This document shows, piece after piece, positions 26,414 through 35,646 of a stretch of 55,000 nt of DNA (its first letter is position 1; each line of letters opens with the position of its first letter). The notes beneath the pieces were generated by a model. That model worked only from the letters and a program-made list of their open reading frames with translations, did not search any database and was not told the origin of the DNA. Both the position numbers and the translations under genes were made by a program. This stretch comes from Salarias fasciatus (taxonomy: Eukaryota). The stretch is from NCBI RefSeq assembly GCF_902148845.1, contig NC_043762.1, forward strand, positions 28,907,760 through 28,962,759, in the 5' to 3' direction.

Positions 26414-27982
26414 CTAGATGTAGAGCCCGTCTTCCAGCAGGGCGTTGGAGCGAGGTCTGGATCCTCGCCGGCTGTGGTGATGCTCTCTGCGATGGCTGCC
26501 GCCGTGCTCCCTCCTCCTCTCCTCCTCCTCCTCCTCCTCCTCCTCCTGCTCCTCTCTCCTGCTGCCTCTCCTCTGGCTCCGGTGGCTCCTGGTGGCATCC
26601 CGCCCGCTGCCGCCCCGGTCCCAGTCTGACTGCCCCCTGGTGGAGGCTGAGGCGTGGTGCGTCCGCTGCGCCTCCGTCTGGCCGTGCTCTCCTCGTCTGG
26701 ACCCGGGCCTCTGGTCCTCCGCTCTCCTCCTCCAGCTCTCCGTCCGGTCGTGGTCTCGGTCTCGGTGGGAGTGCCTGCCTCCTCCTCCCTCCTCCTCCCG
26801 GTCGCTCCGGCTGCTGTGCCTCCTCGTGCTCCTGCTGTCCGTCTCTCTCTCGGTGTTGACGGATCTCCACTCCGGCTTCGCTCCTCCTCCTCCCCCTCCT
26901 CCCCCTCCTCCTCCCCCTCCTCCTCCTCCTCCCTCCTCCTTGCTGCTGCTGCTCCTCCTCCGGCTCTCGCTGCCGGTTCTGTCCCACTCGCTGTAAGCTT
27001 TGACGCTCGTCTCGTGTCCTCTGGCGTCTCCTCTGCTGCTGGGCTCTGGTCTGGGCTCTGGTCTGGGCTCCGGTCTGGGCTCTGGTCTGGGCTCCGGTCT
27101 GGGCTCCGGTCTGGGCTCCGGTCTGGGCTCCGGTCTGGGCTCCGGTCTGGGCTCCGGTCTGGGCTCCGGTCTGGGCTCCGGTCTGGGCCCGTCTGCGTCT
27201 CGCTGACTCTCTCGTCTTCCGGCTGTGATCCGGTTCTCTGCCTCTTTCTCCTTCTTGGTTCCTCTCGGAAGCGGTTCTCCTGCTGGCTTCTCCTTGGCCT
27301 TCTTCTTCTCCTCCTCGTCGGTCTCTGATCTGGACTCGGAGCCGGCCTCGGACTGGTCCGTCTTCTCTCCCGGCTCGTCCTTCTCCTTCTCCTTGGCCTT
27401 CAGACTCTCCGCCTCCTTCGCCTCCCTGGCCCTCTGCTGCTCCTCGGCCAGCTTCCGGTCCAGCTTCTCCTCCAGCAGGTCCAGCTCCTGCTCCAGCTCC
27501 GCCAGCTTCTTGGGGTCGGACTCCAGCTCGTCCTCCACCTCCACCTCCACCTCCTCGATCTCCTCGTACTCCTCCACCTCGATGCCGTCCATGGTCTTCT
27601 GCAGCTGCGTCTTCACCTTGTTGAGCTCCAGCAGGCCGTCCTGCAGGTCTTTGCACACGTCCCGGATCTTGGAGGCGAACTTGGTCTTGGCGCCCTTGCG
27701 CAGCTTGTGCGAGTCCTTGGCGAGGAAGAAGATGTCGAGGGCGAGGAAGAGCGCCGACATGACCCCGGTGGTGACGCTGATGGCCTGGGCGGCCTTGGCC
27801 ACGCCGCCGGCGGCGCCCAGCACCTGCACGGTGCTGATGAGCTTGTCGGTGTTGATCATCAGGGCCTTCCCCGCCCGGCCGCCCTCCTTCATCACGTGCT
27901 TGATGTTGTGGTTCATGGCCTTGCTGGCGGCGCTCTGGGAGTACTTCTCGAAGTCCCACTCCTGCAGGGTGTCCATGCCTTC
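26414..27982 (-). CDS. APOL-A terminal coding exon: second half of the APOL domain plus about 390 aa of low-complexity Arg/Glu/Ser/Pro/Gly-rich tail (starts [60 protein letters not shown]...[35 protein letters not shown]...; ends ...[10 protein letters not shown] stop)
   Basis: Acceptor ccggctgcag|GAAGGCATG. The frame aligns with the intronless paralogue APOL-B (GAKSEFAAKIREVATQLHDGLVELN). Signature APOL motif GAK(T/S)(K/E)(F/T)A...EL. Stop TAG at 26414-26416. The tail contains (PEPR)12, poly-Gly, poly-Glu and RS/RD/RE dipeptide runs. Confidence 0.65.
   Translation of the reverse strand, partial: EGMDTLQEWDFEKYSQSAASKAMNHNIKHVMKEGGRAGKALMINTDKLISTVQVLGAAGGVAKAAQAISVTTGVMSALFLALDIFFLAKDSHKLRKGAKTKFASKIRDVCKDLQDGLLELNKVKTQLQKTMDGIEVEEYEEIEEVEVEVEDELESDPKKLAELEQELDLLEEKLDRKLAEEQQRAREAKEAESLKAKEKEKDEPGEKTDQSEAGSESRSETDEEEKKKAKEKPAGEPLPRGTKKEKEAENRITAGRRESQRDADGPRPEPRPEPRPEPRPEPRPEPRPEPRPEPRPEPRPEPRPEPRPEPRPEPSSRGDARGHETSVKAYSEWDRTGSESRRRSSSSKEEGGGGGGGGGGGGGGGGGAKPEWRSVNTERETDSRSTRRHSSRSDREEEGGGGRHSHRDRDHDRTESWRRRAEDQRPGSRRGEHGQTEAQRTHHASASTRGQSDWDRGGSGRDATRSHRSQRRGSRREEQEEEEEEEEERRREHGGSHRREHHHSRRGSRPRSNALLEDGLYI
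27027..27195 (+). repeat. Perfect 12-bp tandem repeat (GGGCTCYGGTCT)x13 inside the APOL-A coding tail; encodes (PEPR)n on the minus strand
   Basis: ctctggtctgggctccggtctgggctc... periodicity 12. Confidence 0.9.
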
Positions 27983-28064
27983 CTGCAGCCGGCGGACAGG
28001 AGACAGCGGGGTCAGAGAACAGAGGCGAGGATACAGAAACGCCGCCGAGCGAACGCCCGCTGAC

Positions 28065-28479
28065 CTGCACGAACTCCATGCACTCGCGGATGTCCTTGAT
28101 CTCGTCCTGGTACTCCTGGATCATCTTCTCCAGCTTCTTGCGGTCCATGTTGGAGTGCACCGTGTCCGTGATGTTGGCGGTGGCCGAGGCGATGCTGCCG
28201 GCCGTCGCCACGCCGATGCCCACCGCCGTGACGATGATGGAGGCGCCGAAGGTGAAGGGCGCCAGGATGAGGCCGGTGATGGTGGTCACGCTGCCGGCCA
28301 CGCTGGCCACGCCGCCGCCCACCGCCGCCGTCGTCGTCTTCTTGTGGAACTGGTCGGCGGCGTCGGCGAGGGCCAGGAGCTCCAGGATGCGGTGCTGCAG
28401 CGACGCCCCCCGCTGGTTGAAGAGGTACACGAAGAAGCGGGCCGCCATATAGACCCGGTCGGCCGCCTGCTCCATCGCC
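28065..28479 (-). CDS. APOL-A coding exon: first half of the APOL domain ([139 protein letters not shown])
   Basis: Acceptor ttctctgcag| (phase 2), donor CAG|gtcagc. 415 nt. Gly/Ala/Ile/Thr-rich membrane hairpin ...ITGLxLAPxTxGxSLIVTAVGxGxATAG..., typical of APOL proteins. Colinear with APOL-B. Confidence 0.7.
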
Positions 28480-28553
28480 CTGCAGAGAACAGAACGCTGA
28501 GGAGGAGGAGCATTCCGCCACAAAGACGATGCGAACGAGAAAAAACAACTCAC

Positions 28554-28605
28554 GCTTCCTCATCCCCCTCCTCAAAGTTGGAAGACTCGCTCCACTCCGT
28601 CCAAC
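28554..28605 (-). CDS. APOL-A coding exon (GWTEWSESSNFEEGDEE)
   Basis: Acceptor gggttgccag|, donor GC|gtgagt. 52 nt, phase 1 in and phase 2 out. Positional and size match to the 52-nt exon of APOL-B. Confidence 0.55.
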
Positions 28606-28687
28606 CTGGCAACCCGCAGCACAGACAGCATCAGAGTGAGATAAAACTCCGATCAGTTCAGTGTGAGCAGAGGACAGAGAGACTGAC

Positions 28688-28727
28688 CTTTGACCGACTT
28701 CCACCACTCCATCAGCTCGTTGTTCTC
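28688..28727 (-). CDS. APOL-A coding exon (ENNELMEWWKSVK)
   Basis: Acceptor gtctctcag|, donor AAAG|gtcagt. 40 nt. Matches the APOL-B 40-nt exon DAEDLMDWWNTVE. Confidence 0.55.
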
Positions 28728-28819
28728 CTGAGAGACGAAAGAAGAGACGCGTCAGGACACGGTCTCTTATCTCTGGGATGGAAAAGTTCAGAAAAGTTCT
28801 GAAACTCTGGAAGACGCAC

Positions 28820-28894
28820 CTGCTCGGCCTGGAGCCGGGCCTCCTCGGTGGGATACGCCACCATCTCCACCGTCTCCGTCTCCACCGTGTTCTC
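28820..28894 (-). CDS. APOL-A coding exon (ENTVETETVEMVAYPTEEARLQAEQ)
   Basis: Acceptor ctgtttcccag|, donor CAG|gtgcgt. 75 nt, phase 0. Confidence 0.5.
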
Positions 28895-29011
28895 CTGGGA
28901 AACAGACGCAGCACAGCGTTAACCGCCGAGCCGCTGCTATTATCATCATCATCATTCGTTTTGCTGTGTTTGTTCTTGTGCTGCATTTCAGCTCCAGCTC
29001 GTCTTCCTGAC

Positions 29012-29074
29012 CTGCGCTGGGTTCATCTCCTGCAGCTCCACCGTCTCCTCAACCGTGGGCATCTTTTCTGAACT
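29012..29074 (-). CDS. APOL-A exon containing the first in-frame ATG (SSEK-MPTVEETVELQEMNPAQ). ATG at 29062
   Basis: Acceptor cctcctcag|AGTTCAGAAAAGATG; donor CAG|gtcagg. 63 nt, phase 0. The reading frame stays open upstream of the ATG back to the acceptor. Confidence 0.5.
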
Positions 29075-29367
29075 CTGAGGAGGAAAAACATTTAAAAGAA
29101 TAAAGTCCAGACTAACAGACATTTTGTTTGAGTACAAGTTAAAGTGAAGCAGAAATAAAACATCGTCTAACAGACGATACCTGCGACGACAAGTTAAGTT
29201 TGGGCATTCTCGGCAGAGTTTTCTTGACTCGGAAAGAAACGACCTGGAAAACAAACAGGAGACATTCATGAGGAGGAGATGTGATATTAAAGCCAGACTA
29301 ACGGTTGGTTTTATGTCCTGATTCATCTTCTTCTGCTCTTCGGCGTCTCCACATGCTGCAAACTGAC

Positions 29368-29439
29368 CCGCTGTTTCTTCTTGATGGTCCGCTTGCGCCT
29401 CAGTCCTGCTCCTGTCAGGGGCGCCGTGTCCTCACCCCC
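29368..29439 (-). CDS. Array-1 microexon 41, basic (GGEDTAPLTGAGLRRKRTIKKKQR)
   Basis: Acceptor ctcctctgcag|, donor CGG|gtcagt. 72 nt, phase 0. The last array exon, about 290 bp upstream of the APOL-A ATG exon. Confidence 0.45.
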
Positions 29440-29552
29440 CTGCAGAGGAGGACAGGGACGGTCTGCTCAGACTTGTGCTGATCACAGCAAACTCAATCAC
29501 CTCGCAGTATTTTGATCTAATCACCAAACGGCACTGATCAGATCGGCCGTAC

Positions 29553-29612
29553 CTGCTGCTCCTCGTTTTTCGGCGTCCTCCTGAACATCCCGGCAAAACC
29601 ACCTTTTCTCTC
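29553..29612 (-). CDS. Array-1 microexon 40, type B (ERKGGFAGMFRRTPKNEEQQ)
   Basis: Acceptor ttccggaacag|, donor CAG|gtacgg. 60 nt. Confidence 0.5.
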
Positions 29613-30143
29613 CTGTTCCGGAAAACACACCACGCAGAACTCATTTATCAGCTGGACTGATGTGTGTCCATGTAAAGGAAATATCACCGGACTGTAAAAC
29701 TCACCTTTGTGCCTGCAGAGTCAAGGTTTTCATTACTGGTTGATAATTCGCCGTGAGCGAAAGGATCATCCTAATGAATGAATGAATGAATGAATGAATG
29801 AGTGAGTGAGTAAGTACTCATAGTGAAGCAGAAGTACAGATACTTGAGCGGAACATGATCTGTTAACAATTCAGCTTCTTTACTGAAGTGAAAGTAAGAA
29901 ATGCGGTTATTACGTAATACTGGGTTATTACAGTTTACAAAGACGCATTTCATCTGGTAGTTTACTGTCAGACACTACATTAGTCTTGGAATGAAAAAAA
30001 AATCTGTTGACCCGGCCAGACTTTGTAAAGAAACCCTACAATTGATTCCATTTCCACCTTCCAAATCGCCATGAGTGTGACTTATTCCCTGAACTCTGAA
30101 CTGGTGGCGTTGGGCTGAATTCCAGCCTCTCGGAACGTCTCAC

Positions 30144-30203
30144 CTCTCCGGCGTCGCTCAGGCTGTCCACACTGGCCGAGCGCTTCGAGTCACTCAGAGG
30201 ATC
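30144..30203 (-). CDS. Array-1 microexon 39, type A (DPLSDSKRSASVDSLSDAGE)
   Basis: Acceptor ccttcccag|, donor GAG|gtgaga. 60 nt. Confidence 0.5.
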
Positions 30204-30389
30204 CTGGGAAGGAAAATAAGTTTAAGGTGTCTCTCCTCTCTCCAACAGCACTTTCCAGACACAAACGTTTAAATGTGTGACTTCTAGAGCAGAAACGGTC
30301 AGTAAAGCCTATTTGCTTTCCAGCTTCCAGGAAGCAGTGAAGGGATCGACTGCACAGCGTTCTGACACAAACTAACTTCATCTGCTCAC

Positions 30390-30461
30390 CTGCACGGCCG
30401 CCGACCGTTTGGCCGGTTTGGGAGACTTTCTGAAAATCCCTGCCAGTCCTCCAGACTTCTC
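30390..30461 (-). CDS. Array-1 microexon 38, type B (EKSGGLAGIFRKSPKPAKRSAAVQ)
   Basis: Acceptor gtgtttcag|, donor CAG|gtgagc. 72 nt. Confidence 0.5.
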
Positions 30462-30540
30462 CTGAAACACACACAGACCATAATGAGGCGTCGGAGGACG
30501 CAGAGGACGGAGGCTGGAGGTTGATCCTCGACGCCGGCAC

Positions 30541-30606
30541 CTTGGCTGCGGATCCCTCGGAGAGGTTTTCACTGCTGGCAGACAGCTTCTTCTCCTCGCC
30601 TGATTC
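30541..30606 (-). CDS. Array-1 microexon 37, type A (ESGEEKKLSASSENLSEGSAAK)
   Basis: Acceptor cttcctgctcag|, donor AAG|gtgccg. 66 nt. Confidence 0.5.
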
Positions 30607-30692
30607 CTGAGCAGGAAGAAAACACTTTGAGACAAATGTCACTAAAATAAACAGGTTCTGTTGTGAAGTTCATGGAAAAGTCACGGCCGTAC

Positions 30693-30746
30693 CTCGTCTG
30701 CTGGTTTCTGGGCTTTCTTGAACATCCCACTGAAGATGTTTTTCTC
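30693..30746 (-). CDS. Array-1 microexon 36, type B (EKNIFSGMFKKAQKPADE)
   Basis: Acceptor tttgattccag|, donor GAG|gtacgg. 54 nt. Confidence 0.5.
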
Positions 30747-30817
30747 CTGGAATCAAACAGCGAGCGCAGATCAGAAACCAGCTTCAGAGGCAGAGACGGC
30801 GGTCCAGCTGGATTTAC

Positions 30818-30883
30818 CTTGGTGCTGCTGCTTTCAGTCAAGTTCTCAGTGCTTGCTGAAAGCTCCTTCTGAGAGTCCCTGTC
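30818..30883 (-). CDS. Array-1 microexon 35, type A (DRDSQKELSASTENLTESSSTK)
   Basis: Acceptor gtttgttttgcag|, donor AAG|gtaaat. 66 nt. Confidence 0.5.
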
Positions 30884-31098
30884 CTGCAAAACAAACTCAA
30901 CTGTATGAAACTGAACTTATCTCCATCTGTTGATGATATGAACCACAGGGCAGCTGAGAGGAAAGCTTTTTGGCCCAGAGGTCTTCTGGGAACAAACACT
31001 TTCTCAGCGATGAAACTAAACCTGTGTTGTTTGGTGCTGAATGAATAAAGCTGAGCTGAACTGAAATCCAGTGAGTCCAGACCAGGGACCGGTCTCAC

Positions 31099-31164
31099 CT
31101 CCGCCTCGTCTCCTGACGCTCTGGTGGTTTTCTTGCGGCGTCCACCGAACAGGCCGCCGTTCTC
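31099..31164 (-). CDS. Array-1 microexon 34, type B (ENGGLFGGRRKKTTRASGDEAE)
   Basis: Acceptor ttctgtcctgcag|, donor GAG|gtgaga. 66 nt. Confidence 0.5.
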
Positions 31165-31440
31165 CTGCAGGACAGAAAAGAGCTGAATGAGGGAGTGTCT
31201 CAACACCATGACATTCAAATGATAAAGAAGGGACTGTTTTATAAGTTCATCTGTTACCATCATCTGGCTGTTCTCTCATTTAAAGTCAATTCAAATAACT
31301 GGATCAGTCTGAAGTTGGTCTAATCAATCTTTATTTCGTGTCACACGGGTTTAAAACTCTAATTTTAACAGTTAAACTACAAAGTACAGCTGAAATGCAC
31401 ACACACACTCTCACACTCACACACACACTCTTCCACTGAC

Positions 31441-31509
31441 CTCGTCAAACAGGTCAAACTCAATGCTGGCTGATCTCTTGAACATTTCCGCCAGCCCCCC
31501 TTTTTTCTC
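31441..31509 (-). CDS. Array-1 microexon 33, type B variant (EKKRGLAEMFKRSASIEFDLFDE)
   Basis: Acceptor tctgttttag|, donor GAG|gtcagt. 69 nt. Confidence 0.45.
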
Positions 31510-31778
31510 CTAAAACAGACAAACACACAAACAAACACAAACACACACTTGTGTCATGATGAGAAGCAAATCACACCCGTTTCCTTTGACAGAAGCAAAA
31601 AGGTTAAAGGTCACTGGGCCGTTTGTCACATCTACGAAGCTCTGACTGATTGACCCTCCGATTAGCGACCCGACACAACGCGAGTCGCTGCTCTAACCCT
31701 CCAGACTGATGTCTACTCCAGTTTCAGTTCGCTCAGGCTGCGGTCGGGGTGGCGGCGGCGGCGGCGGCGGCGCCGTAC

Positions 31779-31850
31779 CTTGGGGACGGTCGTGTCGGTC
31801 AGATTCTCAGAGCTGCCTGATAGCCGGTCGTCAGAGTTGAAATCCGAGTC
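31779..31850 (-). CDS. Array-1 microexon 32, type A (DSDFNSDDRLSGSSENLTDTTVPK)
   Basis: Acceptor ttgagtttag|, donor AAG|gtacgg. 72 nt. A (GGC)n repeat lies in the downstream intron. Confidence 0.45.
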
Positions 31851-31930
31851 CTAAACTCAAAAACAGAAAACGGTGAATAAAAGGAGACAAAAGATGTTTG
31901 AAACTGGACGCTCTTCAAACAGCCGCCGTA

Positions 31931-31984
31931 CCGCCTCTGCTGGTTTCTGCGGCCGCTTGAACATGTTGGTGAAGATGTTTTTCT
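31931..31984 (-). CDS. Array-1 microexon 31, type B (EKNIFTNMFKRPQKPAEA)
   Basis: Acceptor tttatcttttcag|, donor GCG|gtacgg. 54 nt. Confidence 0.5.
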
Positions 31985-32066
31985 CCTGAAAAGATAAACT
32001 GAAGTCAGTCCGTGATCCTTCCTCCTGTAATACGGAAACGTTAAGTGTTTGGTAAGCTACACTCAC

Positions 32067-32132
32067 TTTGCCGCCGGTATTCTCAGACAGGTCTTCACTG
32101 CTGGCTGACAGCTCCTTCCGACTCTCTCCGTC
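32067..32132 (-). CDS. Array-1 microexon 30, type A (DGESRKELSASSEDLSENTGGK)
   Basis: Acceptor ttttggtttcag|, donor AAA|gtgagt. 66 nt. Confidence 0.55.
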
Positions 32133-32202
32133 CTGAAACCAAAAGAAAGGTTGAGTTTGTGTGAAAGCTCTGAAGCTGTTGGGCACATGTCGGCTGGTTT
32201 AC

Positions 32203-32277
32203 CGGCGAGCCGCTCCTCTCTCCGGACGCTCTGGGAGTCTTCTTAAGGAGTCCACTGAACAGCCCTCCACCTTTCTC
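32203..32277 (-). CDS. Array-1 microexon 29, type B (EKGGGLFSGLLKKTPRASGERSGSP)
   Basis: Acceptor gtcttggtcag|, donor CCG|gtaaac. 75 nt. Confidence 0.5.
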
Positions 32278-32363
32278 CTGACCAAGACAGAAGAGGCCTT
32301 CAGGAGGGATCCAGACCAGGAACAGTGAGATCCTGGACCAGATGTCAGGTTTAACTTACTGAC

Positions 32364-32423
32364 CTGTTTGTTCTCAGACAAATTCTCGGTGCTGGCCGAG
32401 AGCTCAGAGTCAAGAGGCATGTC
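32364..32423 (-). CDS. Array-1 microexon 28, type A (DMPLDSELSASTENLSENKQ)
   Basis: Acceptor ttccttctcttccag|, donor CAG|gtcagt. 60 nt. Confidence 0.55.
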
Positions 32424-32522
32424 CTGGAAGAGAAGGAAAGAAAGAAGAGTTCAAAAGGTCTCAAAAGTTAAATAAAGCAGACAGTGACTGACACACAAAC
32501 TGGAAAAGATTCCCACGGATAC

Positions 32523-32594
32523 CTCCTCGGACTGAGCAGCTTCTGCGGGTTTATGAGGCTTCTTGAATATTCCGCTGAATAATCCTCCTTTTTC
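32523..32594 (-). CDS. Array-1 microexon 27, type B (EKGGLFSGIFKKPHKPAEAAQSEE)
   Basis: Acceptor ctctgtttcag|, donor GAG|gtatcc. 72 nt. Confidence 0.55.
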
Positions 32595-32792
32595 CTGAAA
32601 CAGAGCAGCCGGTGTTCATTTCCATGACAAGGCTGAGATCGTTCAGTAATGTCTGACAGAGCTGGGTGTTGCAGAAAGAGGATTTTAACTTGTTAAGAGA
32701 GTTATGGAATCAAAGTCAGACAAACACTGTCTCCCTGCTATCAGGAGTTAACGCTGTTTACCTGAAGGTCAGGAGTTTACACATCGTCATAC

Positions 32793-32846
32793 CTTGTTGT
32801 CGGTCGGGCCTTCAGCGCCGCCGTCATCCTCCTGAGACTTTCTCTC
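32793..32846 (-). CDS. Array-1 microexon 26, acidic (ERKSQEDDGGAEGPTDNK)
   Basis: Acceptor tctttttccag|, donor AAG|gtatga. 54 nt. Confidence 0.45.
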
Positions 32847-33155
32847 CTGGAAAAAGAGGACGACAGTCACAGTCTTGATTCCATTTTCTGGAAATAATCC
32901 CGATGAAATGTTCGGGTGATGAACCAGAGAGCTTCCTGCATCCGTCCTCCTGAGACGAAGGATGCTTTATCTTTTTTATTCCCTCTTGGGTGAAAACAAC
33001 AACTCATCCACAATATACAACACCACACACTGTACAGCAGCCGGCAACACCAGGAGGACGATGGTTAAAGCAACGCTGATGTTAAAGATATATTTCAATT
33101 AATAGAGATTAAAGATGAACTATTAAAATGCGTTTTTCCTGAGAGCCACACTGAC

Positions 33156-33221
33156 CTTTGTGTTTGGAGCATCAGTCAGACTGTCGGTACTGCCCGACAC
33201 GTCTTTAGCAGAAGAACTCTC
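33156..33221 (-). CDS. Array-1 microexon 25, type A (ESSSAKDVSGSTDSLTDAPNTK)
   Basis: Acceptor tttttgtttcag|, donor AAG|gtcagt. 66 nt. Confidence 0.5.
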
Positions 33222-33397
33222 CTGAAACAAAAACACAAACTGTCTGTTATCAAGGCGGGTGATGAAGACAGGTGTGGCCCAACAGAAGATGTTTTCTCAA
33301 AATGAATGTTGTTGTAATGTCCAGAACCAACAGAAGCCCTGGGGTTTCCTGCAGAGGGGCTCATAAATAACCTATAAAGAACATAAATAATCTTCAC

Positions 33398-33454
33398 CTC
33401 TGCCGCTGTTTTCGGAGTCTTTCGGAGGAGTCCACTGAACAACCTGCCTTTCTC
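33398..33454 (-). CDS. Array-1 microexon 24, type B (EKGRLFSGLLRKTPKTAAE)
   Basis: Acceptor ttttccttcctctgcag|, donor GAG|gtgaag. 57 nt. Confidence 0.55.
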
Positions 33455-33608
33455 CTGCAGAGGAAGGAAAAAAAAAAAGCAAACTCATTGTGGTTGGCGG
33501 TAGAATGACCAGGAAGTTCTTCCTCTGCAGCAGCTTGAAACACGAGTGCTGCTGTGGCGAGCGACTCATGGAGGAGGAAGCGTCCAGCGGTCGTGATGAG
33601 AGTCGAAC

Positions 33609-33665
33609 CTTGTTCTCCAGGCTGTCGGTGCTGGTGGAGAGCTCGCCGTGTAGCCGCTCCACGCC
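33609..33665 (-). CDS. Array-1 microexon 23, type A (GVERLHGELSTSTDSLENK)
   Basis: Acceptor gttgttttcag|, donor AAG|gttcga. 57 nt. A (CAA)n repeat lies in the upstream intron. Confidence 0.5.
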
Positions 33666-33887
33666 CTGAAAACAACAACAACAACAACAACAACATGGTG
33701 CCATGTGTGACATTTTTTATCAACAACATTTATTTTAAAGCAGATGAAGAAGGAACAAGAGAATCACACTAATATGGCATCAGCTGTGAGCTACAGCGAG
33801 AAAACAAGGCTGACAGATCATTAACGCAAATAAAAGTCAAATAAAGGAGAAACTTATGAAGGCTTAACAAGTGACAGTGAGATCTGC

Positions 33888-33941
33888 AGTGCATCACCTC
33901 CTCGGATGGTTTCGGTTTCTTAAACATTCCACTGAAAACGC
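33888..33941 (-). CDS. Array-1 microexon 22, type B (EKGGVFSGMFKKPKPSEE)
   Basis: Acceptor gcgtatcag|, donor GAG|gtgatg. 54 nt. Confidence 0.5.
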
Positions 33942-34034
33942 CACCTTTCTCCTGATACGCAAAGAAAAAAAGCATTTTGTCAGATGTGCCGTTTCCTGTA
34001 AAGCTTCAGAAGCTTGATTTGATAGTGTTCTTAC

Positions 34035-34097
34035 TTTGGTGCTGCTCTCAGAGAGATTCTCGCTGCTGGCCGACTTCGCAGCCTGCAGCGACTCATC
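34035..34097 (-). CDS. Array-1 microexon 21, type A (DESLQAAKSASSENLSESSTK)
   Basis: Acceptor cttgtgtttcag|, donor AAA|gtaaga. 63 nt. Confidence 0.55.
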
Positions 34098-34744
34098 CTG
34101 AAACACAAGCGAGTAACCCGATCAACACTCACATTGAGCTGGATTTATAAGCAGAAATCTATCATCGAAGGCAGGGAAGCCTGATTTCTGCCAATTACAT
34201 GTTTAAAAACAAGAAAATTGCTGAAAAAGTGGGGAAAAAAAATGAGTTTTAGAGGTTAAAAAAATGTAATTTAAATCATGAAATAAGTCAAGCAGTGTTT
34301 CAAAGTTACAGCTTATACCAAAGAGACACGTTGTTCATGTAATGTTGCTATAAATACTTTGACGTGGGAAGTAAATAAAGCTACGGCGAGCTGTGAGAGA
34401 CAAAACAAGAAGTGCAGCCAACAGGCAGCGGCACTTCAGAAAGTTTACACTTCTGCAGGAGTGTGTGTCACTGGAACGAATCACACCCGGCTTCCAGAGG
34501 ACAGACATGCAGACCCATAATGCAGTTTCTTTCATTAAACTAGAAAAAAGTAGAGTCTGTTCAGCTGCATGTGTTTTAAATGAGGTTTATTTTCATTATG
34601 GAGCCGATTGAAAACAGTCTGATTTAAGGGAAAGACAGACAAACAGGTTTTTCCAGGAAACCAGTCAGTTCACTTCCTCAGTGGCCTTCAGGGAGTCTGT
34701 TTGCTCAGCTCACCTCCATCAGCGCCAGAATCTAAACTCCTCAC

Positions 34745-34813
34745 CTGTGCAGGCGTCGCCTCTCCGGGAGTCTTGGGTGGTTTCCGTCGCATTCCGCCGA
34801 AAAAGCCTTTTTC
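34745..34813 (-). CDS. Array-1 microexon 20, type B (EKGFFGGMRRKPPKTPGEATPAQ)
   Basis: Acceptor cgtctgtctccag|, donor CAG|gtgagg. 69 nt. Confidence 0.5.
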
Positions 34814-34899
34814 CTGGAGACAGACGGACAGATGATACTGTGTTGATCGTGCTTATTAAATCCACGATGCAGCATTTTCCACCAGATTCACATTCAGAC

Positions 34900-34959
34900 C
34901 TTCGGCGGATTTTCAGTCAGACGGTCTTTGCTGCCGGAGAGCTCATCACACTGCTCGTC
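34900..34959 (-). CDS. Array-1 microexon 19, type A variant (DEQCDELSGSKDRLTENPPK)
   Basis: Acceptor ggtttgttttcag|, donor AAG|gtctga (weak). 60 nt. Confidence 0.4.
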
Positions 34960-35035
34960 CTGAAAACAAACCAGCCACATTTATTATCAGGCGACACACA
35001 GACTCACACATTTTATCTGATTCTCCAACAATCAC

Positions 35036-35098
35036 CTGATCAGCCTCAGCAGCTTCTGCTGGTTTCTTCTTGAACAGCCCACCGAATTTGCCTTTTTC
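35036..35098 (-). CDS. Array-1 microexon 18, type B (EKGKFGGLFKKKPAEAAEADQ)
   Basis: Acceptor tctgtgtttcag|, donor CAG|gtgatt. 63 nt. Confidence 0.5.
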
Positions 35099-35177
35099 CT
35101 GAAACACAGAGCAGGAAGCAGGTGTGATTTCCGCCGGTCGCAGGTCGGAGGTACTCGGTGTGTGTTATAATCTTCAC

Positions 35178-35240
35178 CTTGCTGCTTTCAGACAGACTGT
35201 CACTGCTGGCAGACAGTTCAGTCGCGACACTCAGATTATC
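35178..35240 (-). CDS. Array-1 microexon 17, type A (DNLSVATELSASSDSLSESSK)
   Basis: Acceptor tgcatttcag|, donor AAG|gtgaag. 63 nt. Confidence 0.5.
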
Positions 35241-35344
35241 CTGAAATGCAACAACAAGCAGAGTTCAGTCAGTGATAAAAGCTTTGTATGGATGGAGCAG
35301 TGAAGGATCCCGTTCTCCACAGCCGACGGCTCACCTGAGCAGGA

Positions 35345-35416
35345 ATGTCCTCTGCCGCCGGCTTGTTCGATTTTTTAAGCAGGCCGGAGAAGAAACCTCC
35401 TTTTTCCTGTCAAGAA
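35345..35416 (-). CDS. Array-1 microexon 16, type B (EKGGFFSGLLKKSNKPAAEDIPAQ)
   Basis: Acceptor tatttcttgacag|, donor CAG|gtgagc. 72 nt. Confidence 0.5.
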
Positions 35417-35583
35417 ATAAACAAGACGTAAACAGTTATGAACTGTAACAAGACTGTCGGTGGTGTTTCTGCAGAGCAGTGATCGGGACACTGAGTGAGG
35501 CATAACAATAATAATACACTTATTTATATTTTTCATTATTAAAACTGAGAGATCAGAGTTTCTGAACTGTGAACTTGACTCAC

Positions 35584-35646
35584 GTGCGTTTGATCAGTTT
35601 TCTCGTCTTCGTCTGAATCCTCGCTCTCGCCGTCTGCTTTGCTGAT
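35584..35646 (-). CDS. Array-1 microexon 15, acidic (ISKADGESEDSDEDEKTDQTH)
   Basis: Acceptor tgtgtgtgagcag|, donor CAC|gtgagt. 63 nt. Confidence 0.45.

Noticed and set aside
26199-28553. 784-aa minus-strand ORF (Gly/Arg/Gln/Glu low complexity), and the overlapping 525-aa plus-strand ORF 27225-28802
   Set aside because: Both are read-through frames of simple-sequence DNA. Only the 28065-28479 part of the minus ORF is real coding sequence (APOL domain exon). The genuine frame from 27982 downward is the other minus frame (ORF 26414-27976). The plus-strand ORF is antisense to the APOL-A gene.
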